Positions 9,286-19,000 of a DNA stretch of 64,000 nt are shown piece by piece. Position numbers and translations under genes: made by a program. The DNA comes from a virus. Taxonomy: Duplodnaviria; Caudoviricetes. The first letter of the stretch is position 1. Each line of letters opens with the position of its first letter. The stretch is from IMG/VR virus record IMGVR_UViG_3300017963_000189; one strand, 5' to 3'. The notes under the pieces were generated by a model. That model was given only the letters and a program-made list of their open reading frames with translations, ran no database searches and had not been told where the DNA came from.

Positions 9286-10734
9286 TTATTCTCCTATTGT
9301 TTTATACATTCTATCTGTTATAGCAAAAGCTTGTTTTTTCGTCAATCCGGGATTTCCTAACAACTCACTATCTATTGCTTTTAATAATTGTCCTATTATC
9401 ATCCCGTGTGTTTTATTATTTATTTTATATCGTTTCATTATATCATTTCCATCTATCGGGCGTTTCAGCACATCTGGCTCACTTTCAAGGGCTTTCAATC
9501 TATCCTTCAACTTTGGGATTTGTAACGGCATATTATAATCATCCGCATGACTTATATTGTCAGCATGAATTAAATCCAATGTTGTTTGTAAGTGATCTTT
9601 CATATCATTTTTTAACTTCCTCAAAGTCTTATCAGTTACTCCCTCACTCTCTCCACCATATTGTTTTGTCCTCATATGATTTTGTATAGCTTTTTTAACC
9701 TTAATGACAACTTCTTTTGGATATTTTAATCGTCGTAAAATAGCTTCCGCCATTTCCGCACTCACATCTTCGTGTTCGTAAAAATGAACTTCGTTATCAA
9801 CTACCTTTTTGGTTGTCGCCTTTCCAATGTCGTGAAATAGGGCGGCGAGGCGAGTCTCTAACTCAGGTGGAGTATTCTTCAATACTTCCAATGTGTGCTT
9901 CATTGCGTCAAATTTGTGATACTTATTTTGTTCTAATCCCTTCAACTCGTCTAACTCATGAGCAACATACTTATTCAAGTTAGTCATTTGTAATAAACGA
10001 ACCGCTTTGTCAGGAGCTTTACTTATCATCATTTTACTTAACTCACTCATTACCCTCTCAGCACTTATCGTCTTTAACATATGTGAGTTACGCTTTAACG
10101 CTTTGATCATGAACATAGGTAAATCCCAACCATACTTTACGGTAAACCGGATCGCTCTTAACATCCTCAATGGATCATCTTTGAAGATGACATCAGGATC
10201 TAATGGAGTTTGGACAACACCTTTCTTTAGATCAGTTTTACCCATTCCTGTAAGATCAAGGATTTCGCCAGTCGTTAAATCTTTCAGGAGTGAGTTTACT
10301 GTAAAGTCTCGGCGTTCAACGTCATCCTTCAGGGATCCTGGAGAAACCTTTGGTTTTCTATCTCCAAGTTTATATTGTTCCTTACGAGTCATTACGGCTT
10401 CAATCTCAATCTTACTCAAATCATATCCTTTATGATTCACTCCATATAAACGAAACGCAGCAGTACCGAATTTAGGATATACAACAGGATTCGAACCTTT
10501 CTTGTATATCTTTAGTTCCTTTGTAATCCACTCGGCAAACTTTATTCCACCTTGCGGAAACTCGATAACAATGTCTATGTCCTTTGGATTAAGACCGAGT
10601 AACTCGTCTCTTACATATCCACCTGCAAGAAATACTTTTCCTTTCCACTTTGATTTCTTTACCATTTTAGAAAGAAAATCTACCGCAGCTCGATCTATCG
10701 CTCCCTCTTGTAATAAGTTTTTTAGTTTAATCAT
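9286..10734 (-). CDS. cca: class II CCA-adding enzyme (tRNA nucleotidyltransferase) with HD domain
   Basis: GGYVRD.LLG..PKDIDI, DDVERRDFTVN, DDPLRMLRAIRF, ALFHDIGK; N-terminal MIKLKNLLQE leader. Confidence 0.9.
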   Translation of the reverse strand: MIKLKNLLQEGAIDRAAVDFLSKMVKKSKWKGKVFLAGGYVRDELLGLNPKDIDIVIEFPQGGIKFAEWITKELKIYKKGSNPVVYPKFGTAAFRLYGVNHKGYDLSKIEIEAVMTRKEQYKLGDRKPKVSPGSLKDDVERRDFTVNSLLKDLTTGEILDLTGMGKTDLKKGVVQTPLDPDVIFKDDPLRMLRAIRFTVKYGWDLPMFMIKALKRNSHMLKTISAERVMSELSKMMISKAPDKAVRLLQMTNLNKYVAHELDELKGLEQNKYHKFDAMKHTLEVLKNTPPELETRLAALFHDIGKATTKKVVDNEVHFYEHEDVSAEMAEAILRRLKYPKEVVIKVKKAIQNHMRTKQYGGESEGVTDKTLRKLKNDMKDHLQTTLDLIHADNISHADDYNMPLQIPKLKDRLKALESEPDVLKRPIDGNDIMKRYKINNKTHGMIIGQLLKAIDSELLGNPGLTKKQAFAITDRMYKTIGE

Positions 10735-11183
10735 TAAAATATTCTCTTTAATATAAATTTATATTGTGGATTTTTTTGTTGAACTTTCTTTACACTTTTT
10801 TTAAGATATTTCATTAATTGCATTTCTTTAAACCAATCAACATCAGGATAAGTTGATTCACTCAAATAAAATGTATTAGAATCACCTTTTCTTTGCCAGT
10901 AAATATATCCCTTTTTAATCATGTCGCCAAACGCTTTCGGCCAATTCCGTGTATCCCAATCAGCAGACTTATCCTTTGTATGACCCTTATTTTTTAACCA
11001 TCTTTCTAAATCCATATGAATAGCAAAATATTGATCGTCCATTACATATAAATTACCTTGTGGATCGCTCAATCCTCTCAATGCAGGCGCCATACGTTTT
11101 ATGGATTTGGGATTTTTGTATACTTCTATACTACCAAGATTACCAAGTAATTCTTCTTTTATTAATTTTTTTAGTTTAATCAT
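10734..11183 (-). CDS. leader-bearing paralog family protein, copy 1
   Basis: MIKLKKLIKE leader; YKNPKSIKRM...IH...GYIYWQR...FYLSES shared with 11188-11634 and 45533-45976. Confidence 0.8.
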   Translation of the reverse strand: MIKLKKLIKEELLGNLGSIEVYKNPKSIKRMAPALRGLSDPQGNLYVMDDQYFAIHMDLERWLKNKGHTKDKSADWDTRNWPKAFGDMIKKGYIYWQRKGDSNTFYLSESTYPDVDWFKEMQLMKYLKKSVKKVQQKNPQYKFILKRIF

Positions 11184-11187
11184 AATT

Positions 11188-11634
11188 TTACCAATATGGT
11201 GGCTCAGGTATAAACTTCAAGCCAGGATTTTTCGCCTTTATTTTCGGTATATGCTGTTTTATTATCTTTTGGTATTCCTTCCAATCATATCCGCCATCTT
11301 GCATTACCACATTGACAGATTCACTCAAATAAAACTTATTCGTATTTCCGTTACGTATCCAACCAATGTAACCTCTTTTCATTCCTTTCGCTATTTTATC
11401 CATGTAATAAAATATTTCAGATGGAATTTTTACTCCAAATGGTTTTAGGTATTTCTCTATATCTGCGTGAATTATATTGTAATAATCAACTACATAAAAA
11501 TCTCCACTTGGAACACTAACACCTTTTATATCATCATCCATTCGTTTTACACTTTTAGGATTTTTATATATCTCATATCCATCTTTAGTTGTTCCTACAA
11601 AATCCTCTTTTATTAATTTTTTTAGTTTAATCAT
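11188..11634 (-). CDS. leader-bearing paralog family protein, copy 2 (start corrected to 11634)
   Basis: ATG at 11634 gives MIKLKKLIKED, matching the paralogs, and overlaps the upstream stop. Confidence 0.8.
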   Translation of the reverse strand: MIKLKKLIKEDFVGTTKDGYEIYKNPKSVKRMDDDIKGVSVPSGDFYVVDYYNIIHADIEKYLKPFGVKIPSEIFYYMDKIAKGMKRGYIGWIRNGNTNKFYLSESVNVVMQDGGYDWKEYQKIIKQHIPKIKAKNPGLKFIPEPPYW

Positions 11635-13384
11635 CGCCAAACTCCTTCTTTCCATATCTCGCTGATTGTGGTTTTCTTATCATAAACTCACTCTTGTATA
11701 CTTTTATTGGACGTTTTTCAACAGACTCGGCGAAAATTACGATGTCGTCTAATAATTTCTTGTGTCGTTGTAATGATTTTTTGGTAGCAGTAAATCCTAT
11801 TTCCCCTTTTCTACCGGAAATTCTTACCCAACCGTCCTTCATCGCTTCGTTGATAACCGCTTCATATATTATAGACCACTCATTAGCATCAGCATGAGCT
11901 AATCGAGATTTGAATGGCTTAAACTTACCTACATTTTTTACTAACCAATCAACGTGTTCTAATTCCGGAACAGCATGAACTTGACCCTTTGGATCAACTA
12001 AACCATTTCTACCTTTAGCAATTTTTACCAACTCGTCCGATTGATCTTCATATAAAATAATTATTTCACGTATCAAATCTTTGAATCTAATTACTCCATC
12101 ACCTAAACCCTTACGCATTCTATGACGAGCTGCGGCAGGAAGTTCGCCTTTCTTGGCGCCCCGTACATCTTTCTTCGATCCCATTCCTTTAGGTACTTGC
12201 TTGTCCTTTTTAAGCATTGGTGAAACCGCATGAGATTTTCCCTTTCCAACTTGTTTTTCACTTCCTTGATAATCTTCTAACGGTATTAATTTTTGAGCCG
12301 TTCCTGCAGGAAAATCATCCCACGCGCCCCAGCGTTTATCTTTTGGATCATATATTTTTCCACCTTTATCTAAAATTTCTATCTTATATCCATTATTCCA
12401 AATCTTTATCGTTTTTCCATGTTCTTCTTTAAATGCATCTTCAATCTTAGATACAATAGATTTCATTTGGTTCTTTTTTGGAAATTCCCAGAATGTAATA
12501 ACTTTCTTTTTATACCAAAGGCGACCCGGAAATTTCAATGATTTTCGTGATAACCAACCATCTGGCGATTGCATGTCTCCGTGTGTATATCCTTCACTAC
12601 CGACATACATTTTATTTTTCCACATACCAAAAGGTACGGCATTTCTATGCCATTCTAAATTATATTTTCCTATACTTACTCCATCAGGATTTTCTAATAA
12701 TAATTCTCCAAGTTTTATTGTTCCATCACCTAAACCTTTACGAATACGATGTCTGGCAGCAGCAGGTGTCTCTCCCTTTCGTTGTCCTTTTACCTTTTTC
12801 TTTGATCCCATGCCCATAGGAACTTCGCGTCTACCTTTCTTGAGTAACGGAGATTTCATATGTGAGATTTCTTTACCACGTTGTTTTTGACTTCCCTCAT
12901 ACTTCTCTATTGGAATTAACATCAAATCACCTTGTACATCGTATGCATCCCATGAAGGCTCTCTCGGATCGTCTTCTCGTGAATCCGGACGATATATTTT
13001 TCCACCTTTATCTATTACCTCTACTTGCCATCCGTTATTCCAAATCTTTAACCCTGACCCACGTTCTAACTTAGATATAATACTCTTGATTTGATTTTGT
13101 TTTGGAAATTCCCAAAATGATATGACTTTATCCTCGGCCCATAACCTACCGGGATATTTGTAATCTCCCCGCAAATATGGGAAATCATCATAATCTTTTT
13201 CCTTTATTTCGCCACGATCTAATAAATGATCACGGATCGCGAAATGAACTCCACCAGGATCACTGAAATAGGCTTTACCTTTGTGTATTCCAAATGCGTG
13301 AGCGTCACCTTCAGTATAACTTAAACGTGTATTACCTACATATACACCATCAGGGTTCTCTCTCAACAATTTTTTTAGTTTCAT
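11627..13384 (-). CDS. three-unit protein with internal duplication, each unit starting with a leader-like motif
   Basis: aa 1-221 and 222-430 are homologous (ENPDGV...PGRLW...FWEFPK.NQ...GMGSKK...AARHR.RKGLGDG); third unit starts VIRFKDLIRE. Confidence 0.8.
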   Translation of the reverse strand: MKLKKLLRENPDGVYVGNTRLSYTEGDAHAFGIHKGKAYFSDPGGVHFAIRDHLLDRGEIKEKDYDDFPYLRGDYKYPGRLWAEDKVISFWEFPKQNQIKSIISKLERGSGLKIWNNGWQVEVIDKGGKIYRPDSREDDPREPSWDAYDVQGDLMLIPIEKYEGSQKQRGKEISHMKSPLLKKGRREVPMGMGSKKKVKGQRKGETPAAARHRIRKGLGDGTIKLGELLLENPDGVSIGKYNLEWHRNAVPFGMWKNKMYVGSEGYTHGDMQSPDGWLSRKSLKFPGRLWYKKKVITFWEFPKKNQMKSIVSKIEDAFKEEHGKTIKIWNNGYKIEILDKGGKIYDPKDKRWGAWDDFPAGTAQKLIPLEDYQGSEKQVGKGKSHAVSPMLKKDKQVPKGMGSKKDVRGAKKGELPAAARHRMRKGLGDGVIRFKDLIREIIILYEDQSDELVKIAKGRNGLVDPKGQVHAVPELEHVDWLVKNVGKFKPFKSRLAHADANEWSIIYEAVINEAMKDGWVRISGRKGEIGFTATKKSLQRHKKLLDDIVIFAESVEKRPIKVYKSEFMIRKPQSARYGKKEFGDD

Positions 13385-13581
13385 TACTTGATCTCTCTTG
13401 ATAGTTTAGCTATATCAATCATATATGGTTTTAACATTTCTAAAGCTTTCTTATATGTCTCAGGATCTTTATCCTTTAACGCTCTCTTAATAAGTGATAA
13501 AGATAATTCGGCTTTTTGATTTATCACTTTTATATGACCTTTCGCCTTTCCACTTACCAAATCTTTTAATTTAGGTATCAT
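13384..13581 (-). CDS. small hypothetical protein (start corrected to 13581, MIPKLKDLV)
   Basis: ATGA overlap with the upstream stop; GGAG SD. Confidence 0.6.
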   Translation of the reverse strand: MIPKLKDLVSGKAKGHIKVINQKAELSLSLIKRALKDKDPETYKKALEMLKPYMIDIAKLSREIK

Positions 13582-14096
13582 AGTCCTAACTCCTTGAGTT
13601 TCTTTATCGTTGATGAGGCAGACTTGTGTAAAATCCCAATTCCACCACGTGCCTTCCATTGTTTTATATTTTCATCCATATCGTCAATCAATATAGCATC
13701 TTTCTTAGCAAAATCTTGTTTATCTCTCGCCCGTCGAAGTATCAACTCAACATTACCAAGATTACCCTTGACCCACATATGCTTGCCACGTGGGCTCTCA
13801 GGTATTGTCCTTGCAGGAGCGGATAAAATTTTTACATTCTTGTTCTTGATGTAATCCCATAATTTTTTACCGTCCTTCATCCAAGGCATTTCACTCCAAT
13901 ACTTGAGTCCACCTTTACCGATTTCGCTCCAAAAGGCTTCCGTTCCCTCTTTCTTCTCATATTTTCGACCATCTTTTATTCCAGTAAAATTCTCAAGTTG
14001 TTTGTCGAAATCAGTAAGTACGCCATCCATATCACAATAAACGGTATACTTATATTGATAAATATATTCTTTTATTAGTTTCGATAATTTAAGCAT
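13578..14096 (-). CDS. HAD-family 5'(3')-nucleotidase (NT5C-like)
   Basis: YCDMDGVLTDF, ILSAP, LIDDMDEN; MLKLSKLIKE leader. Confidence 0.8.
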   Translation of the reverse strand: MLKLSKLIKEYIYQYKYTVYCDMDGVLTDFDKQLENFTGIKDGRKYEKKEGTEAFWSEIGKGGLKYWSEMPWMKDGKKLWDYIKNKNVKILSAPARTIPESPRGKHMWVKGNLGNVELILRRARDKQDFAKKDAILIDDMDENIKQWKARGGIGILHKSASSTIKKLKELGL

Positions 14097-14622
14097 AGTC
14101 TAACCCTTCCATTACTTGCTCTTTTTTGTAATGTGTATAAACAGTTTTATTATTTTCATTCTTTTTCGCCAATGTATTCTTTCTTCTATTCGTTCCTACC
14201 CTTTTATGTGATATATGAATCCATCGACCAAACTCCCAAATGATCTGATCATAGGGCAAGCCCGAGTCGAGCACAACCCATTCGAAAATTTCCTGAATCG
14301 TGTTGGGCGGTATCTTGATGTCCGCAGCTTGACCAAACCTGTGTTGTGATCGAGTCGATCCACCAACGGCTGTGTTGAGTTTTTTATTCCGGAATCCTGA
14401 ATGAATCTCTACGTATGTTCCGTAATGAGTCCGTATTGGTTCTAAAATGATGCTGCATAACGCCTCAAGGTTTCTCATTTCATCTTCATTTGGTTGATTA
14501 TTTATATTCTTACGAATAGCTGTTTGACTTATCGTAAATTCGCCATATGTAAAATGTGGCGATAACCTATATGAATCCTTATACCCTATTACTTCAATGG
14601 GCTCTATATGTTCATTACTCAT
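14089..14622 (-). CDS. peptidase M15A (Zn D-Ala-D-Ala carboxypeptidase family), candidate endolysin
   Basis: LSPHFTYGEF, SGFR...N.AVGG...SQH..GQAADI, WIHIS. Confidence 0.85.
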   Translation of the reverse strand: MSNEHIEPIEVIGYKDSYRLSPHFTYGEFTISQTAIRKNINNQPNEDEMRNLEALCSIILEPIRTHYGTYVEIHSGFRNKKLNTAVGGSTRSQHRFGQAADIKIPPNTIQEIFEWVVLDSGLPYDQIIWEFGRWIHISHKRVGTNRRKNTLAKKNENNKTVYTHYKKEQVMEGLDYA

Positions 14623-15109
14623 TTTCTCTCTCCCTAATATTCAATTTTTGTGACCAAATACTACCACTTTGTATAATTTCAACATAATAATGATCTTCAG
14701 CTTCTAATTTATCTTTATCTTTTTTACACTTTATTGCTTTATCTCTAAATCTTTTATCCGATGATAATATATACTCTATATCAAAACTTGGAGTGGTAAA
14801 TCCATCAGGATAATGATAAACAAAACCCCAATTACCAGGCCCATATATTTCATCACCTTTTTGTTCTAAATAAGGAAGCATTTCAAAATAATATCTATCA
14901 GCATATCCATCTACAACTATTCCATGACCACTTGCTTCAGTTGTAGCTTTTGTTAGATCGGTTTTAGTAAAACAACCTATAATTAAATCTTTATTATTTT
15001 TACCTTTCCAATTAAGAACGATTGAGCCGTTACTACCTGTTGGGCTTCCATAAATCCACTCGTTTATTTTACTTGCTTTTAATTCACATAATGGACAATC
15101 TTTAGCCAT
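14615..15109 (-). CDS. hypothetical protein (164 aa)
   Basis: ORF track; GGAG SD. Confidence 0.7.
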   Translation of the reverse strand: MAKDCPLCELKASKINEWIYGSPTGSNGSIVLNWKGKNNKDLIIGCFTKTDLTKATTEASGHGIVVDGYADRYYFEMLPYLEQKGDEIYGPGNWGFVYHYPDGFTTPSFDIEYILSSDKRFRDKAIKCKKDKDKLEAEDHYYVEIIQSGSIWSQKLNIRERENE

Positions 15110-15125
15110 TTTTTACTCCTATCTA

Positions 15126-16052
15126 TTATGGTTCTTCATTCTTTTCTGCATTTTTCGCCCATATTCCATTGGCAAAATATGCATCTATATCCTCAACATC
15201 TAAACATATTGTATTTACTTTCTCATTATGAAATGTTATACTTTGTATTTCCCATTCCGTTTCATCTTCTTTAAATAATTTGTCGCCAACTCTAAGATTT
15301 ATTACCCTTATCCACGACCATTTATTATCTCTTTTTGTAAATATTCTATGTTCAAATGTTACCTTTAACTCATTTAATGACCCAGAATTTATTGTAAAAT
15401 ATCCTTGCCAAATACTTGGCTTAACTTGTCTAACTTCAGAATAATCTATATGCCCATCAAAACTTTCCGTTGACCAAGTATTTAAAAATTCTCTCCCTTC
15501 AGGATGTTTATCAGCTGGAGTTGGTATTCCGGCATTATAAGTTTTTATCCAATCTCCAACTTTTACATCTTCCATATTTATTATTGAACCATCTTGTTTC
15601 TCAACTTTTGTTCCATACAAAAAACATCCACCACCTGCTGGTTGAACTGATACACCCAATGACAAATCAAATGTTGTATAATTACTCATATTACCGGCAT
15701 CAGTAACATAAACCGTATCCGCAAATTGATCATCCCAATTATATACTGCTTGATCACCTTGATTTAGTATTGTACAAGATGATTCTCCAATTTGATTTGT
15801 CCACGAATAATATTGTGTAGCATCAAAAACTCCAGACGCAATCCAACCGCCTTGTAGAGTCCACACTATAGCATATGTTGTATTTTGTAATTCCGTAGGA
15901 GTTGTGTCTCCTGTTATACTTCCTGCAGTCAAACCAAAATTACCTTCATTTAATTCAATTTCGCCGGAAATCCAACCGCCTTCTGTGGCGACACTTATAA
16001 AATCAGCCGCACTTTGTTGTAAATCTGCTAACTCGCTAAGACCGATCGCCAT
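15126..16052 (-). CDS. probable virion protein with C-terminal Hint (intein-like) domain
   Basis: CFLYGTKV...VKVGD, TFEH, LRVGD, LDVED...YFANGIWAKN. Confidence 0.8.
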   Translation of the reverse strand: MAIGLSELADLQQSAADFISVATEGGWISGEIELNEGNFGLTAGSITGDTTPTELQNTTYAIVWTLQGGWIASGVFDATQYYSWTNQIGESSCTILNQGDQAVYNWDDQFADTVYVTDAGNMSNYTTFDLSLGVSVQPAGGGCFLYGTKVEKQDGSIINMEDVKVGDWIKTYNAGIPTPADKHPEGREFLNTWSTESFDGHIDYSEVRQVKPSIWQGYFTINSGSLNELKVTFEHRIFTKRDNKWSWIRVINLRVGDKLFKEDETEWEIQSITFHNEKVNTICLDVEDIDAYFANGIWAKNAEKNEEP

Positions 16053-19000
16053 CTTCCAAGTCCTTTATTCGTTTTTCTAAATCACTTATCTTTTCATTTT
16101 GTTCCTTTATCGCTTCTACTAACAATGGAACAAGTTTTTCATAATGTATACCTTTATATCCATCGCCCATCTTTACAACGGCTTCAGGTATTACCTTTTC
16201 TACATCTTGTGCGATGAGTCCTACATCATGTTTTCCATCTTCATGCGGGATACCTGAATCCTTCTTATCCCAATCAAACTCAACTCCACGAAGTTGTATC
16301 ACTTTTTGTAGTGGATTTAATAGTTGTGATATATTCTTTTTAAGATTTATATCAGATGTCGTTAACGCTGTTATATTTCCACTCGCACCTATATTTCCAC
16401 CTACATAAAGTTTGAATGTTCCTGTCCATCCAGTATTAGCAAGAACTCCAATACCAACATCACCACCGTGATGTATATTCAATCTTGAATCGGCCCTCGT
16501 CACTTCACCTGCAGAACCACTTGAATTCAACGCAAAGTGTAATCTACCACGACCCCACGAATCTATATCTTGAAATAAAATCGCACCTTTATACGTATTT
16601 GCAGTAGTTCCGTTTTGGAAGATAAATCCACTTTGAACATTAGTACTGGTATTAGTATTGTTTAATCGTTGATATGTACCATCAGTTCCGTCAGTAGTTG
16701 CAACATTAAATTGTACCAATGGTTCAGCTTCAAAAGTAGCGACATTTTCAAAAGTAGATGTACCTGCAAAGTTAGCACTACTTGTTACTCCTAATTGAAT
16801 AGTATTAACCATACTACTTGATATTACTCCGCGAACATCTAATTTCGTTTGTGGCACCCAAACTCCAAGTCCTACTCTACCTGCTATATCATCATTCGCT
16901 ACGTTTTTATAACCTGCTGGTGCAGCACCCGCACCTTTTTTATAAGCTGAAAATTCAGGTGGATAAATAATCAATCCACAATGTTTATCTTCTATTGTTG
17001 TAACTGCATGAAAATTAGATCCAGGACTTGTCCACAAATCATTCAATGAACCGGTCCACGGATTACCAAATACTGACGGTCTAAAACGAGTCACAAAAGC
17101 CCAAGCAGAAGAACCTGGATTACCCGCACCACCACTAATATCTTTTACTACTCCATCTGCAAGAATACCACAAGAAAAATAATGATCATTACAACTACCC
17201 CAAATACCAGATTTTATTGAATCTCCACCACCACGACCTTGATACCCTTTTATTGCTGCGTTCACATTTGAACCTGTATAATCACCCCAACCTGCAGCAG
17301 ATTGTGTCGTTACCGGCCATATTTCTCCACTTAAATTATCGTTTTGAGCATATAACGTATATGAATGTTGATCAGGTTCCATTCCGGAAATATTTCCAGT
17401 ATTATTTTCTTTATAATAATTGTACGCTGTCCATCGTCCAACCGGAGATTCTCGTTGTTCTACATGGAATTGAACTTCGTCAAGTTTCATTCTATCACCA
17501 GTAACCACTGTATGTCCTATTATTTCCGTTGTTTCCGCATCAGCATCAACAGTTACAGCAGCAGTTGATGCGGAAATTCTAAGTATTTCAAAATCAGAAA
17601 CTAAATCTGCCGATCTTGAAACAAAAACAATAGAAGCTTCATCAGGATCAAATCTTATAGCCGTATTACGACCACCAGGACTTGTATAACTTCCAATTAA
17701 CGCATCTTCATCAATCGTAAAACCCGCAATTCGTCCTGCACTCGCACTTATTACTCCATTTGCACCTACTTGAAATTCCGATGAAGATATAAATAATGTT
17801 TCCTTCAACGTTCCACCGGTCACAGCTGCGCCACTAATAAAGAAATTAGGACAACATTGATCATCACCAGAATAAAGAGCATCAGGACTTAAATTAAATC
17901 CACCTATTTTACCATATGTAGCATCAACAGAACCTGTAATTTTCAATGTGGTACTATCCCACTCCATATTATTAGTAGAATTACCAACTTTGAAGTCGCC
18001 ATTGTCATACCAATAATTGTTGTTGTTGATAAAAATACCATGATTTGAACTACTAACATTTGATCCAATAAGTAAATTACCAGCATGAACTTTTCCGGTA
18101 AACGATCCCGTTGTAGCAGTAATTTTACCAGTCAAATAAACATTTTCAGTAAAGAGTCCAAATCCAGGTTGTGTATCACCATAAAGAAGTCCAGGAGATA
18201 ATCCACTCAAATCTCCAAGTCTTACTTTCAAATCTAAATCATATACTCCACTACCAGTTCTTTCTACTATATCTATATAAGGTGTATACGGATCGCGTGG
18301 ATTCGCATTCAATCTAATATATCCACTTTGACTTATACCAGTTGAAACAACTACTTGTCCAGGTTCATAACTAAACGCACCACTTCCGCTATCACCAATA
18401 ATTGAGTCGCCACTTGGATCGGCGAGCTGTCCAAAATTCCACGGTTCATCACTCTGCCAACTTCTCGTTACGTAAATGTAACCCCGAAAATCTGTTGAAC
18501 TCGCGGGATCAAGTCGAGACGAACTCGTTACTAAAACATATTCCGTTGTAAAACCGGTGTCGGTTACTTTCTTGACCTTCGCCACTTCACCATTCGTCCA
18601 ACCTGAAGCATTTTCTACAGGCCACTCATTATACGTTTGATCCGCAGGATTTGCGGACATCGTTACACTTCCACTTATCGTTGTCGAATTGGCGACCCAT
18701 AATTGACCACCAACCGCATTGACGGTCTCTTTCTCAAATACGGTCGTCCTCAACGTTCCACGAATACGTACATTCTCAAACTCACCATATCCATTAAACG
18801 CACTCGTTATTCTCCATCCCCGTTCGCCAGATACATAGTCAGCAGTTTGTAACGTTCCATTACTATCTATTATTATGTTACTCGCAGATAAGAAATAATG
18901 TCCTATCTTCCATCCACCTATTGAACCCGTACCAGCAACCAACGTTCCATAAATCGTTGCGTTTGACGCGGTCAAGGCTCCGGCTTCATTTACATAAAAA

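Noticed and set aside
11627-13384. DGR template/variable repeat pair or recent duplication
   Set aside because: The copies differ at all base types, largely at synonymous sites. No reverse transcriptase gene is present in the window.
15126-16052. Canonical splicing intein or mobile intein
   Set aside because: No endonuclease domain, +1 residue is Ala, and the C-extein is only 7 aa.
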